From sequence record LC819007.1: DNA of 64,000 bases. One strand, written 5' to 3'. The notes under the pieces are model-generated. The model saw nothing but the letters and a program-made list of their open reading frames with translations, searched no databases and was not told where the DNA came from. Positions 1 through 7,072 of the stretch are shown in pieces. The translations under genes and the position numbers were made by a program. The first letter of the stretch is position 1. Every line of letters begins with the position of its first letter.

Positions 1-289
1 GCGGAAACTGCTCTTTTGCCCACACGCTCGTGATTTCACGCAGACCAAAGCGGCCGAAGGTCCAGCGCTGCTCCGGCTCCCACGCTTCGGGGATGTGCAT
101 CGCTTCGCTTGCGATCGGAGCATCAATAACGCCCTCGTCGTTCAGCAATGCCATCGACGCCAGTGTCGTGTGCAGGAAATGCGGCATCACGCCGACATAG
201 TCGGTATCGGCGTTTTTGATAAAATCTGCGACCAGCTCTACCGTCTCGTCATCGATGACCTTTCGCAGGTCGATCACTTTGATGCTCAT
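1..289 (-). CDS. Hypothetical protein, 3'-truncated by window edge (MSIKVIDLRKVIDDETVELVADF...)
   Basis: Read manually: ATG at 289 preceded by GGAG, frame open to base 1; not in ORF track. Confidence 0.75.
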   Translation of the reverse strand, partial: MSIKVIDLRKVIDDETVELVADFIKNADTDYVGVMPHFLHTTLASMALLNDEGVIDAPIASEAMHIPEAWEPEQRWTFGRFGLREITSVWAKEQFP

Positions 290-347
290 AACTACTCCAG
301 GGTTAGATTGAGGGATTGCTACAAATAGTCCGGTACGGTAAAAAGAC

Positions 348-376
348 AGCATAAGAGGCGGGTTTCCCCGCCCCTC
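348..376 (-). terminator. Hairpin + TTATGCTG terminator-like element
   Basis: GC hairpin followed on minus strand by TTATGCTG right after stop of 379..957. Confidence 0.7.
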
Positions 377-378
377 AT

Positions 379-957
379 TTAAGCCGCCATGGCTTCGTAG
401 CTGTATTCCAGCGTCATGCTCAGGACCGGTTTGCCAGCCACCATAAAGGCGACGTGCATACCGGCTTGCGTCGGGGTGAACTTGACGTGATGCGGCGTGG
501 TCGAATCTTTCGGTTTGGCGGAAGTCCGCATCGCCTTGAACCCTTCGACCGCGTAGTGCGAGAACCGGGGATTGGCCATCAGTACTTCGTGGGCCTTACA
601 CCACTCCACGCTCTTGCCCAGCATCGAGAGATCGTGTTTGCGCGGCGGAACCTTGTCTTTCACGACGTCCGTGTAGACTGCCACGCTCTCACCACGCTCA
701 GAGAGCTTCACCTGTTCGAAGACCCGAGCATCAACCTTCGAATGGAACGTCACGATCAGGAGATCACCCTCACCATGCGTGCGAATGAACGAACCGGTAT
801 TCTTACCAGCGCGCACCCACAGACGATCGAGCGCTTCCCACAGCGCTCGCATCACCAGTCCGTTATCGAACTCGTGATCAAACCCCAGATCCCGCAAGGC
901 GTACATAAACGCCATCACATCGTCAAACGACTTCCCGGCAATGGTCTTGATCTTCAT
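379..957 (-). CDS. Hypothetical protein (192 aa)
   Basis: ORF track; co-oriented operon, ends at terminator. Confidence 0.8.
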   Translation of the reverse strand: MKIKTIAGKSFDDVMAFMYALRDLGFDHEFDNGLVMRALWEALDRLWVRAGKNTGSFIRTHGEGDLLIVTFHSKVDARVFEQVKLSERGESVAVYTDVVKDKVPPRKHDLSMLGKSVEWCKAHEVLMANPRFSHYAVEGFKAMRTSAKPKDSTTPHHVKFTPTQAGMHVAFMVAGKPVLSMTLEYSYEAMAA

Positions 958-986
958 GGCGGCTCATTCTAAAGTGACTGCGTTAG

Positions 987-1652
987 TTATCCCCAAGGAT
1001 GCCAGTTAGCGTCCTTGTCTGCTTTTTCTTCTGCGATCAGCTTGTCCAGCTCTGCCACGGTCCAGGGCAGTTCGTAGTCTGGACTGAGGCGACGGCGTGT
1101 CAACGGATTGAACACGCCCTTGGCCTTCAGTGCATGAGTCTCTTCCGAGTATTTCATCATGCCCGGATGACGACAGTCGGTCACACAGCCGTAGCTGTGG
1201 TCGTAGCCGAAACCTTCACGACGTGTGAAGCCATCGAAACCTTCAGAACCGTGGTAATAGATAAGCCATTCACGACCCATTCCTTCACTGATCGTGCGCA
1301 TCAGGATGTCGCCGGGCGCGACCACCAGGTGTTGGTACAGACCTGAACACAACATCATGAAGATCATTTCATCGGCGTGCTTGCAGCTGGCACGGCTCTC
1401 GTACTGGATACAGTCGTCGAGTTCTTCCTTCACCCGCCATTCGTACGTTTCGAAATACGCTGATGAGCTCTGCAACATGCTTTCCAGCCGACTGATAGCC
1501 ATCAGGTAGAAGTTCGCTGCATTCGGAATCGGCGGTGCGGTCACGCGTGGTGCGTTATTGATCGCGTATGCCGAATCTAGGAATGCGAAGACTTCAGCCG
1601 GTGCGTCTTTCTTGACTTTCAGTCGAGACGCTACCGCAGTGTAATTGGCCAT
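987..1652 (-). CDS. Hypothetical protein, paralog of 1662..2276
   Basis: Shares Y.(A/G).A(S/T)RLKV(K/R)K.APA, (Y/W).WRVKE and YESRA.C motifs with neighbour. Confidence 0.85.
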   Translation of the reverse strand: MANYTAVASRLKVKKDAPAEVFAFLDSAYAINNAPRVTAPPIPNAANFYLMAISRLESMLQSSSAYFETYEWRVKEELDDCIQYESRASCKHADEMIFMMLCSGLYQHLVVAPGDILMRTISEGMGREWLIYYHGSEGFDGFTRREGFGYDHSYGCVTDCRHPGMMKYSEETHALKAKGVFNPLTRRRLSPDYELPWTVAELDKLIAEEKADKDANWHPWG

Positions 1653-1661
1653 AATGGTTCC

Positions 1662-2276
1662 TTATGCCGCCTGATCGATTCGATCCAGCAGCTTGGTGCT
1701 CCAGGGAGGCACGAAAGCGTCAGCAGACGCCTTGCGCGAAGTCCGGCTGATCGCACCCACCAGGATCTTGGCTTTCATGTCCTGCGGGTACGTGAACCGG
1801 GTCGGATGTCGATCGTCATCGAGCACTTCCGTAAAGCCCCGAAGGGTGCAGTTGTACTCGAATCCGATTGTTTCGGTAAAGCGGCGTCGACGGCCGTCGT
1901 AACACAGCGCGATCTCTCGCACGCTCGTGGTATAGAGCTTACGGGCGACGATGTCTCCGTCGTTCACAATCAGCCACGGTTGAATGGACCGCAGCAGCAT
2001 GGCGAAGAGGTCGAGGCTGCCGAAATGGCAAGCCGCACGACTTTCATACACCCAGTGATTACCCTTGTTCTCCTTGACGCGCCATCCCCAGGTCTCGAAC
2101 GGATCAGCGACCGACGACAGCATCGTACGCAGCGTCGAGCTGTTACGCGAGCCGATCAGTGAGATCGACTCAGGCGGAGTGACAATGCCGTACAGATCAT
2201 CCAGCATGGCGATGGTGCTCGCAGGAGCGGACTTCCGTACTTTAAGCCGGGTGGCTATGCCTTCATAAGCACTCAT
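1662..2276 (-). CDS. Hypothetical protein, paralog of 987..1652
   Basis: As above; first gene after early-promoter-like motif at 2311. Confidence 0.85.
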   Translation of the reverse strand: MSAYEGIATRLKVRKSAPASTIAMLDDLYGIVTPPESISLIGSRNSSTLRTMLSSVADPFETWGWRVKENKGNHWVYESRAACHFGSLDLFAMLLRSIQPWLIVNDGDIVARKLYTTSVREIALCYDGRRRRFTETIGFEYNCTLRGFTEVLDDDRHPTRFTYPQDMKAKILVGAISRTSRKASADAFVPPWSTKLLDRIDQAA

Positions 2277-2310
2277 TCAGAAATCTCTTCAGTTGGGTTA
2301 ATTCACAGTT

Positions 2311-2320
2311 GTAATGTAAG
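2311..2320 (-). promoter_or_regulatory. Putative early promoter element (TTACATTAC)
   Basis: Resembles phiKZ virion-RNAP early promoter TATATTAC; intergenic, upstream of minus operon. Confidence 0.5.
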
Positions 2321-2390
2321 CTCAAAGAAATCTTCAAATCAATTTCGCTAAGGGTATAAACCGACCGAGCTTACGTCCATAGAATTTTAG

Positions 2391-2430
2391 CGGCATAAAA
2401 AAGTGGGAGAGGGCCAATGCCCTCCCCCCG
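2391..2430 (-). terminator. Hairpin + TTTTTTATGCCG terminator
   Basis: GGGAGGGC/GCCCTCTCCC stem then T-run-ATGCCG; closes the large non-coding region. Confidence 0.7.
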
Positions 2431-3178
2431 TAGTGTATTGTCACCTATGGACGCTCCACCAAACGCCATAAGATCCAACCCGCAAACAAACTACCACAGC
2501 ACGAACGACGCCTCTAGACTTTAGTGAGCGCGGGGAGGGGATACGGGCCCATCTACCTATCTTACCCCTCCCCACCGCCTCGGCCAGGTCACCATCAAAC
2601 CCGGGCAAAGAGTGGCGATGCCCACTCACTACCTCCAGTGTTCTCCGCGCATAAATGCACATTGGGTCAGCTCCCAACTCACTGAAGGAACTACGCTCGT
2701 TCTAACGTAGCTTTGCTTTTTACCGCATACCAAGATAGCGGTGTTGACCTCTCCTCGTTCACTTGGGCTTTCGAGGTTTCGCAATACCATATCCTTCTCG
2801 GGATAGGCTGGTGCTGCATGAGGTAGAGACAGGCTGCCGTACAACGACTTGCACATTTTCCCTACGCTGCTGCTACCCAGGCTACCCTTCTAAACCAGGC
2901 ACACAACCATTGCATGGCTGCGCCGGTTCATCTACGTTTGACTTTAATTGTCGACCACAAATCTCTTCGCTACGATAGTTCTTTGGAGGTGTCCCGGTCT
3001 TACATTCCGGCTACTGATCCGATGACTCGGGTGGAGGGAATCAGTGGCGGGCTGCCGTTGTAGGGAGATCTGAGTGTCGCCTGTCACTCACGACGGACGA
3101 AAAAATGTGACGGTCCAGAAAGATAGTCCACGAGCTTTCCGAACGTGAGAAGTTCGGTGCGGGCTTAGGGGACACAAC
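2431..3178 (-). ncRNA. Large structured ncRNA candidate (~750 nt; GOLLD/ROOL-class size)
   Basis: No credible ORF; more than ten hairpins, several with G-U pairs or GNRA loops on the minus strand; bounded by a TATG start motif and a terminator. Confidence 0.6.
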
Positions 3179-3195
3179 ATATGGGTAATTTTTTA
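3178..3195 (-). promoter_or_regulatory. Putative late promoter (AT-rich + TATG)
   Basis: Minus strand AAAAAATTACCCATATG; phiKZ nvRNAP late promoters carry TATG at -3..+1. Confidence 0.45.
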
Positions 3196-3253
3196 TTGCC
3201 ATCATACATAACAGCAAAAAAAAAATAACTCAGGTGGCCGAAGCCACCCAAGC

Positions 3254-3355
3254 TTACTTCAGCCAATGCACTAATGCAGCGATTACGCCCAGCACGATTA
3301 CCAGCTTGAGCTTGTTCTTCTGCACTTGCACATAGAACTCGGGCTCTTCCACCAT
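3254..3355 (-). CDS. Small membrane protein (33 aa, MVEEPEFYVQVQKNKLKLVIVLGVIAALVHWLK)
   Basis: Manual translation; hydrophobic C-half; follows 3360..3548 and precedes a hairpin. Confidence 0.6.
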   Translation of the reverse strand: MVEEPEFYVQVQKNKLKLVIVLGVIAALVHWLK

Positions 3356-3359
3356 CCGA

Positions 3360-3548
3360 TCAAACACAGTTCGTTTTCCCACCAGTAGCCTCCCTGTAAG
3401 CAGTGTAGACCATCTCACGAATCTTTCTAATGAGAGCGTCTTGAATAGCCTTGTCCTTTGCCGACATAACTGGTTGTTCTTTCTTTACCTTGAAGGGGGC
3501 AAGTTGATCGCGTCGTAGACGACGCTTGCGTTGATAAGTCGCATTCAT
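3360..3548 (-). CDS. Small basic hypothetical protein (62 aa)
   Basis: ORF track; ATGA-type overlap with upstream gene. Confidence 0.7.
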   Translation of the reverse strand: MNATYQRKRRLRRDQLAPFKVKKEQPVMSAKDKAIQDALIRKIREMVYTAYREATGGKTNCV

Positions 3549-3721
3549 GTCACTGCCTCCAAAGCTCTACGCAACTCCTGATTCTCTTTAAGCAGCTGGC
3601 TAAAGCGAAAACCTGCAGCAGAGCATTCACTGCAGGTGCCGCAGATGAGGTGGGATACGAGATCCTCATCCACGTAGTTACCGTCCTCATCCGGACGATG
3701 TATCGGAGGTCCTTGTGTCAT
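3545..3721 (-). CDS. Hypothetical protein (58 aa, CxxCxxC)
   Basis: Start re-assigned to MTQGPP (ATGA overlap with 3718 stop); CGTCSEC motif. Confidence 0.65.
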   Translation of the reverse strand: MTQGPPIHRPDEDGNYVDEDLVSHLICGTCSECSAAGFRFSQLLKENQELRRALEAVT

Positions 3722-3990
3722 TGTCCCTCCGGCCAGACGAGTGCGTCGGCTTTGCCTGTGAACACAGCCCACGCTGCCTTGATACGCGCCACCGTACCGA
3801 TCGCACACTGCGGACGATACGGCACCCACTTGTCGTTGATCTTGGCCGACATTTCTTTCGTGGTCTTCACGAGTTCAGCCATCTGCCAGATCGTCGGTTC
3901 CTGACCGAGCGGGCGCATCAGGCGCACCTTCACCAATACGTACAGCACAATTAACAACACCAAGATTCCCAGCTTTTGCAACAGTTTCAT
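3718..3990 (-). CDS. Membrane-anchored hypothetical protein (90 aa)
   Basis: Start re-assigned to MKLLQKLG, with AGGAG upstream; N-terminal TM helix. Confidence 0.75.
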   Translation of the reverse strand: MKLLQKLGILVLLIVLYVLVKVRLMRPLGQEPTIWQMAELVKTTKEMSAKINDKWVPYRPQCAIGTVARIKAAWAVFTGKADALVWPEGQ

Positions 3991-4035
3991 TTTTGTTCTC
4001 CTGAGTACAAAAAAATAAAGTGATAGGTATTTTTG

Positions 4036-4290
4036 CGGCATAAAGCAGCGCAGGGGGCGGCGATGATCCGAGGCTAACCCTTCCCCGTCCACCGCCGCCC
4101 TTCTCCCACACCGCACCTGCGGATTTGCCAACAGGTGCTTTTACGTCCGCATGCATCAAAGGCCGCACTTCGGAACGCTCCCGCGCAGGAAGCAGTTCAC
4201 ACATGGCGGCAGCACGCGGACGACGTCGCGGGAACTCCCGCGAGGGTCGGCGCCGTCGAGTCTCTCATTCCCGGGGGCGCCAGACACTTT
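4036..4290 (-). ncRNA. Structured ncRNA candidate (~250 nt) directly 3' of the tRNA cluster
   Basis: Five GC-rich helices including long-range 4144-4150/4216-4222; ends in TTTATGCCG; no credible ORF. Confidence 0.45.
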
Positions 4291-4304
4291 CCTACAACAA
4301 TACT

Positions 4305-4416
4305 TGGTCCCTTGAGGAGGATTCGAACCTCCGACCTACGTCTAGTGGTAGGCCCAGGCGGCTTACGCCGGCGGGCCTGATGATGACGTCGCTCTACCAG
4401 ACTGAGCTATCGCGGG
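4305..4416 (-). tRNA. tRNA-like gene (CAT anticodon) with 35-nt hairpin insert in the anticodon loop
   Basis: Canonical D arm, T arm (GGAGG TTCGAAT CCTCC), anticodon stem ACGTC/GACGT and CCA; 42-nt loop; two acceptor-stem mismatches. Confidence 0.7.
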
Positions 4417-4428
4417 CACTGGTGAAAC

Positions 4429-4516
4429 TGGTGGAGAAGGTTGGATTCGAACCAACGTAGGCACTAAGGCCAACAGATTTACAGTCTGCCCCCTTTAGCC
4501 ACTCGGGCACCTCTCC
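4429..4516 (-). tRNA. tRNA-Tyr(GTA)
   Basis: Cloverleaf, loop CTGTAAA, long variable arm, encoded CCA. Confidence 0.95.
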
Positions 4517-4531
4517 GATACTTCTGAAACT

Positions 4532-4607
4532 TGGCTCCCCAGGGTGGACTCGAACCACCGACCAACGGATTAACAGTCCGCTACTCTACCGACTGAGCTA
4601 CTAGGGA
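4532..4607 (-). tRNA. tRNA-Asn(GTT)
   Basis: 76-nt cloverleaf, loop CTGTTAA, encoded CCA. Confidence 0.95.
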
Positions 4608-4624
4608 TCTACTACAGGAAAACG

Positions 4625-4701
4625 TGGCGCGGCGTAGGGGACTTGAACCCCTGACCCCTGGCGTGACAGGCCAGTACTCTAACCAGCTGAGCTAACACCG
4701 C
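4625..4701 (-). tRNA. tRNA-Asp(GTC)
   Basis: Cloverleaf, loop CTGTCAC, G73, encoded CCA. Confidence 0.93.
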
Positions 4702-4715
4702 AAACTACAAAACTC

Positions 4716-4793
4716 TGGAAGGGGCGGTAGGATTCGAACCTACGAATACCGGAATCAAAATCCGGGGCCTTGGACCAGCTTGGCGACACCCCC
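4716..4793 (-). tRNA. tRNA-Gln(TTG)
   Basis: Cloverleaf, CCGGA/TCCGG stem, loop TTTTGAT, encoded CCA; G1-U72 and U73. Confidence 0.9.
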
Positions 4794-4800
4794 ATACTTC

Positions 4801-5105
4801 TGCATAACTATACTCCCCAGAGCTCCGGTTCAGGCGCGCAACGCGATTCGCAGATGCAGATCGTCGCGCTTTAGATCCTACTCTAGGGGCTATAGTTTCG
4901 CTGCTAACGATACAATAACTTGAAGCTTTGATTGATGGTCTTTGCTTCCTACACTTTAGGGAAGGGTATCAATCTTCCCAACGTGGCCGCGCCTCCTTTC
5001 GGTTAGCGCGCAGGTATGTCCAGGGCTCCCTTTCGGGCAGCTGAACCATGGCCAGAAGTCAATGCAGCTACATCGAGATTCTGTTAGGACCTGGGAGCGA
5101 ATGCA
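4801..5105 (-). ncRNA. Structured ncRNA candidate (~305 nt) directly 5' of the tRNA cluster
   Basis: Terminal pairing 4813-4820 with 5091-5097 and TGCA/TGCA; two GAAA tetraloop hairpins; no ORF. Confidence 0.5.
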
Positions 5106-5120
5106 GTGTGAGTCTTCGCA

Positions 5121-5306
5121 TCAAATAGGGTTGGTGTGTATTTTTTTACTCTGATTACTACTAGCCAATTCTTTCGCTTGAGCGGTAGCCATCCTGAGTG
5201 CCTCGTGTGGAGGAACCCCTTCATCAATCAAACGCAAAGCGATGTCGCGCATGGCGTCGATCGTCGCATCAATTGTTCGTTGGATTTCTTCTTTCGAGAC
5301 ACTCAT
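5121..5306 (-). CDS. Hypothetical protein (61 aa)
   Basis: ORF track; start MSVSKEE with GGAG upstream. Confidence 0.7.
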   Translation of the reverse strand: MSVSKEEIQRTIDATIDAMRDIALRLIDEGVPPHEALRMATAQAKELASSNQSKKIHTNPI

Positions 5307-5323
5307 GACTGACTCCACAAAAG

Positions 5324-5443
5324 TTAAGACCAGGCTTTGAGCAAACCGATCAGAATGACTTCGACGATAATGCAGGCAAGCAGCAAGTCGTCAAAGTCAC
5401 ACGACGGCTCATACCACGGTGCATTCGGATCTTCTTCTTCCAT
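5324..5443 (-). CDS. Small membrane protein (39 aa, MEEEDPNAPWYEPSCDFDDLLLACIIVEVILIGLLKAWS)
   Basis: Manual translation; start overlaps the stop of the upstream gene (TGATG). Confidence 0.6.
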   Translation of the reverse strand: MEEEDPNAPWYEPSCDFDDLLLACIIVEVILIGLLKAWS

Positions 5444-5787
5444 CAGTGCACCATCACTTCTTGGCGCTCTGGCGTGTCGGGTTTGATATACCGCGTCTCG
5501 GTCAGCTTACCTGTGAGCTCATCCACCTCAATAGAGAACGTAAAGGTGGTTTCGTTCTCATCGTCCAATGTGAATCGGACGAAGTACGCTGTGCAGGAAC
5601 CAGAGGACTTGATCAACGTGCCAGCCCTTACGTTCAGCCTTACCCGTACGCCAGGGGCTTCCTTATCAAGCGATTCATGAAACCCGGTGATGCAGCGCAC
5701 GAATCCCATAAAGTCACCGTAGGACTGTGCATTTTCTTCTACCCACTTAAACAACACATCCGGTTGACGAATCGTAGACACGTCCAT
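5443..5787 (-). CDS. Hypothetical protein (114 aa)
   Basis: Start re-assigned to MDVSTIRQ after the 5798 stop. Confidence 0.75.
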   Translation of the reverse strand: MDVSTIRQPDVLFKWVEENAQSYGDFMGFVRCITGFHESLDKEAPGVRVRLNVRAGTLIKSSGSCTAYFVRFTLDDENETTFTFSIEVDELTGKLTETRYIKPDTPERQEVMVH

Positions 5788-5797
5788 CGCAATCCCC

Positions 5798-6508
5798 TTA
5801 ATGAACCGTCGCGTTTTCGCCGTAGAGCGGGTACGGAGCTTCGTCGAAATCCTCCTGTTCGATTTCTTGCTCCGACTTCCATTGGTACTGAGCATGGAAG
5901 CCCATCAGCACTTCCAGCCACCAGACCTGTGCGTGCGGGGACGGTGTGATGGCGATCTTGTGCTCGACGCCCTCATCGTCCTTCACGATCAGAATCGGCA
6001 TCGCAAGCCAGTTGTACTTCTCTTTGATCGTGTGGGATTTGAAGCCCATCTCGACACGCAGCTTGTGCTTCTTGAGGAAGGTGTCCTCGAACTGCTTGCT
6101 GAGCTTGAGCGTGGAGAAGACGGTTTCCCAATCTTCCTTCTGGATGGCCGTCTTGTTCTTCAGACACGTCACGCCCAGGTTGACGATGGCGTCACAAAAC
6201 GTGAACCAGCGATTGAAACGCTCGGCCCATTCCGCGCCAGTGATCTTGTCCTTGCGCAGCGCCGATTGCTGGTCGCTGATGATGAACGGCAGCACCGCTT
6301 CGAATTCTTTACGGTCGAAGAAATAGCCATCAGCCTTTGAGCGCTCCTCGTCGATTTGCTTCTGCACTTCTTCGAGGGTAGCGATGATGCTGTTGTAATG
6401 CGGGTCGACTTGTTCAGCCAGTTCGATTTCTTCGTTCACCTTCGCCACGCCTGCGTCGATGTCGGCTTGAACGTCTTGCGGGATTTCGGGATTGTTGGAT
6501 TCGGACAT
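5798..6508 (-). CDS. Hypothetical protein (236 aa, acidic coiled-coil N-terminus)
   Basis: ORF track. Confidence 0.85.
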   Translation of the reverse strand: MSESNNPEIPQDVQADIDAGVAKVNEEIELAEQVDPHYNSIIATLEEVQKQIDEERSKADGYFFDRKEFEAVLPFIISDQQSALRKDKITGAEWAERFNRWFTFCDAIVNLGVTCLKNKTAIQKEDWETVFSTLKLSKQFEDTFLKKHKLRVEMGFKSHTIKEKYNWLAMPILIVKDDEGVEHKIAITPSPHAQVWWLEVLMGFHAQYQWKSEQEIEQEDFDEAPYPLYGENATVH

Positions 6509-6639
6509 AGGTTACTCGGTTAGTTTGAGAGAGGAGAGAGGGACTACGAAGGATATAGCTCAGGGTAAAAAGCGGCATAAAGGGGAGACGAGCGCCTCCC
6601 CTTTGTATCGTTTGGTCTTTCTTCCCGTAAAAGTGGTTG

Positions 6640-6990
6640 TTACTGATGACTCGTGTTTTCTATCACGATGTCAAACCCCGGGGCACGAACCAGTGCGCAT
6701 GCTCGAATGTGCGGCGTGCTCTGATGCGTGACCAATTCCAGACCAGTTTCATGACAGAATGTCAGCAATGCCGACAAACGGACCGTTTTACTTTGCGGTT
6801 CGATGAAGTTGTTCTTCATCGCTTCCAACAACTGGCCTTGCTTCTTATTAAAGGCGACGGTCTGCCCGTCCTTGTTGCGATTACGCGACAGGACAAGTCT
6901 ATTACCGTCTTTTGATACTACTGTGGATTGAGAAACGAACATGTCAAATTCGTCGATCAATCGCGCGCATTGCCGATAGGCTGCGTCCAT
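6640..6990 (-). CDS. Hypothetical protein (116 aa)
   Basis: ORF track; AGGAG upstream. Confidence 0.75.
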   Translation of the reverse strand: MDAAYRQCARLIDEFDMFVSQSTVVSKDGNRLVLSRNRNKDGQTVAFNKKQGQLLEAMKNNFIEPQSKTVRLSALLTFCHETGLELVTHQSTPHIRACALVRAPGFDIVIENTSHQ

Positions 6991-7072
6991 TTTTATTTAC
7001 TCCTATGCAGTGGTCTACTGCATAAGATGGCAGCATAAAGAGCAGGTCGAAACCCGCTCTTTAAGGGACGTT

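Noticed and set aside
3110-3130. Group I intron S-like AAGATAGTCC
   Set aside because: On the plus strand, with no matching P/Q/R elements and no interrupted host gene.
4170-4200. SRP RNA-like AGGAAGCAG on the plus strand
   Set aside because: Lacks the CAGG-UCC-GNRA-GGA helix 8 arrangement and lies on the strand opposite the tRNA operon.
3991-4204. Upstream extensions of ORFs 3718..4131 and 3875..4204
   Set aside because: They cross a terminator and structured RNA region; the SD-supported start is at 3990.
4377-4383. Hammerhead core CTGATGA
   Set aside because: Antisense to the tRNA-like gene; no stem II/GAAA/GUH arrangement.
4801-5105. RNase P RNA resemblance (AACAGAA..., GAACCGGAGCTC)
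   Set aside because: The conserved GAGGAAAGUCC and ACAGAA.CCGGCUUA P4 strands are not properly present or ordered; kept only as an unidentified ncRNA.
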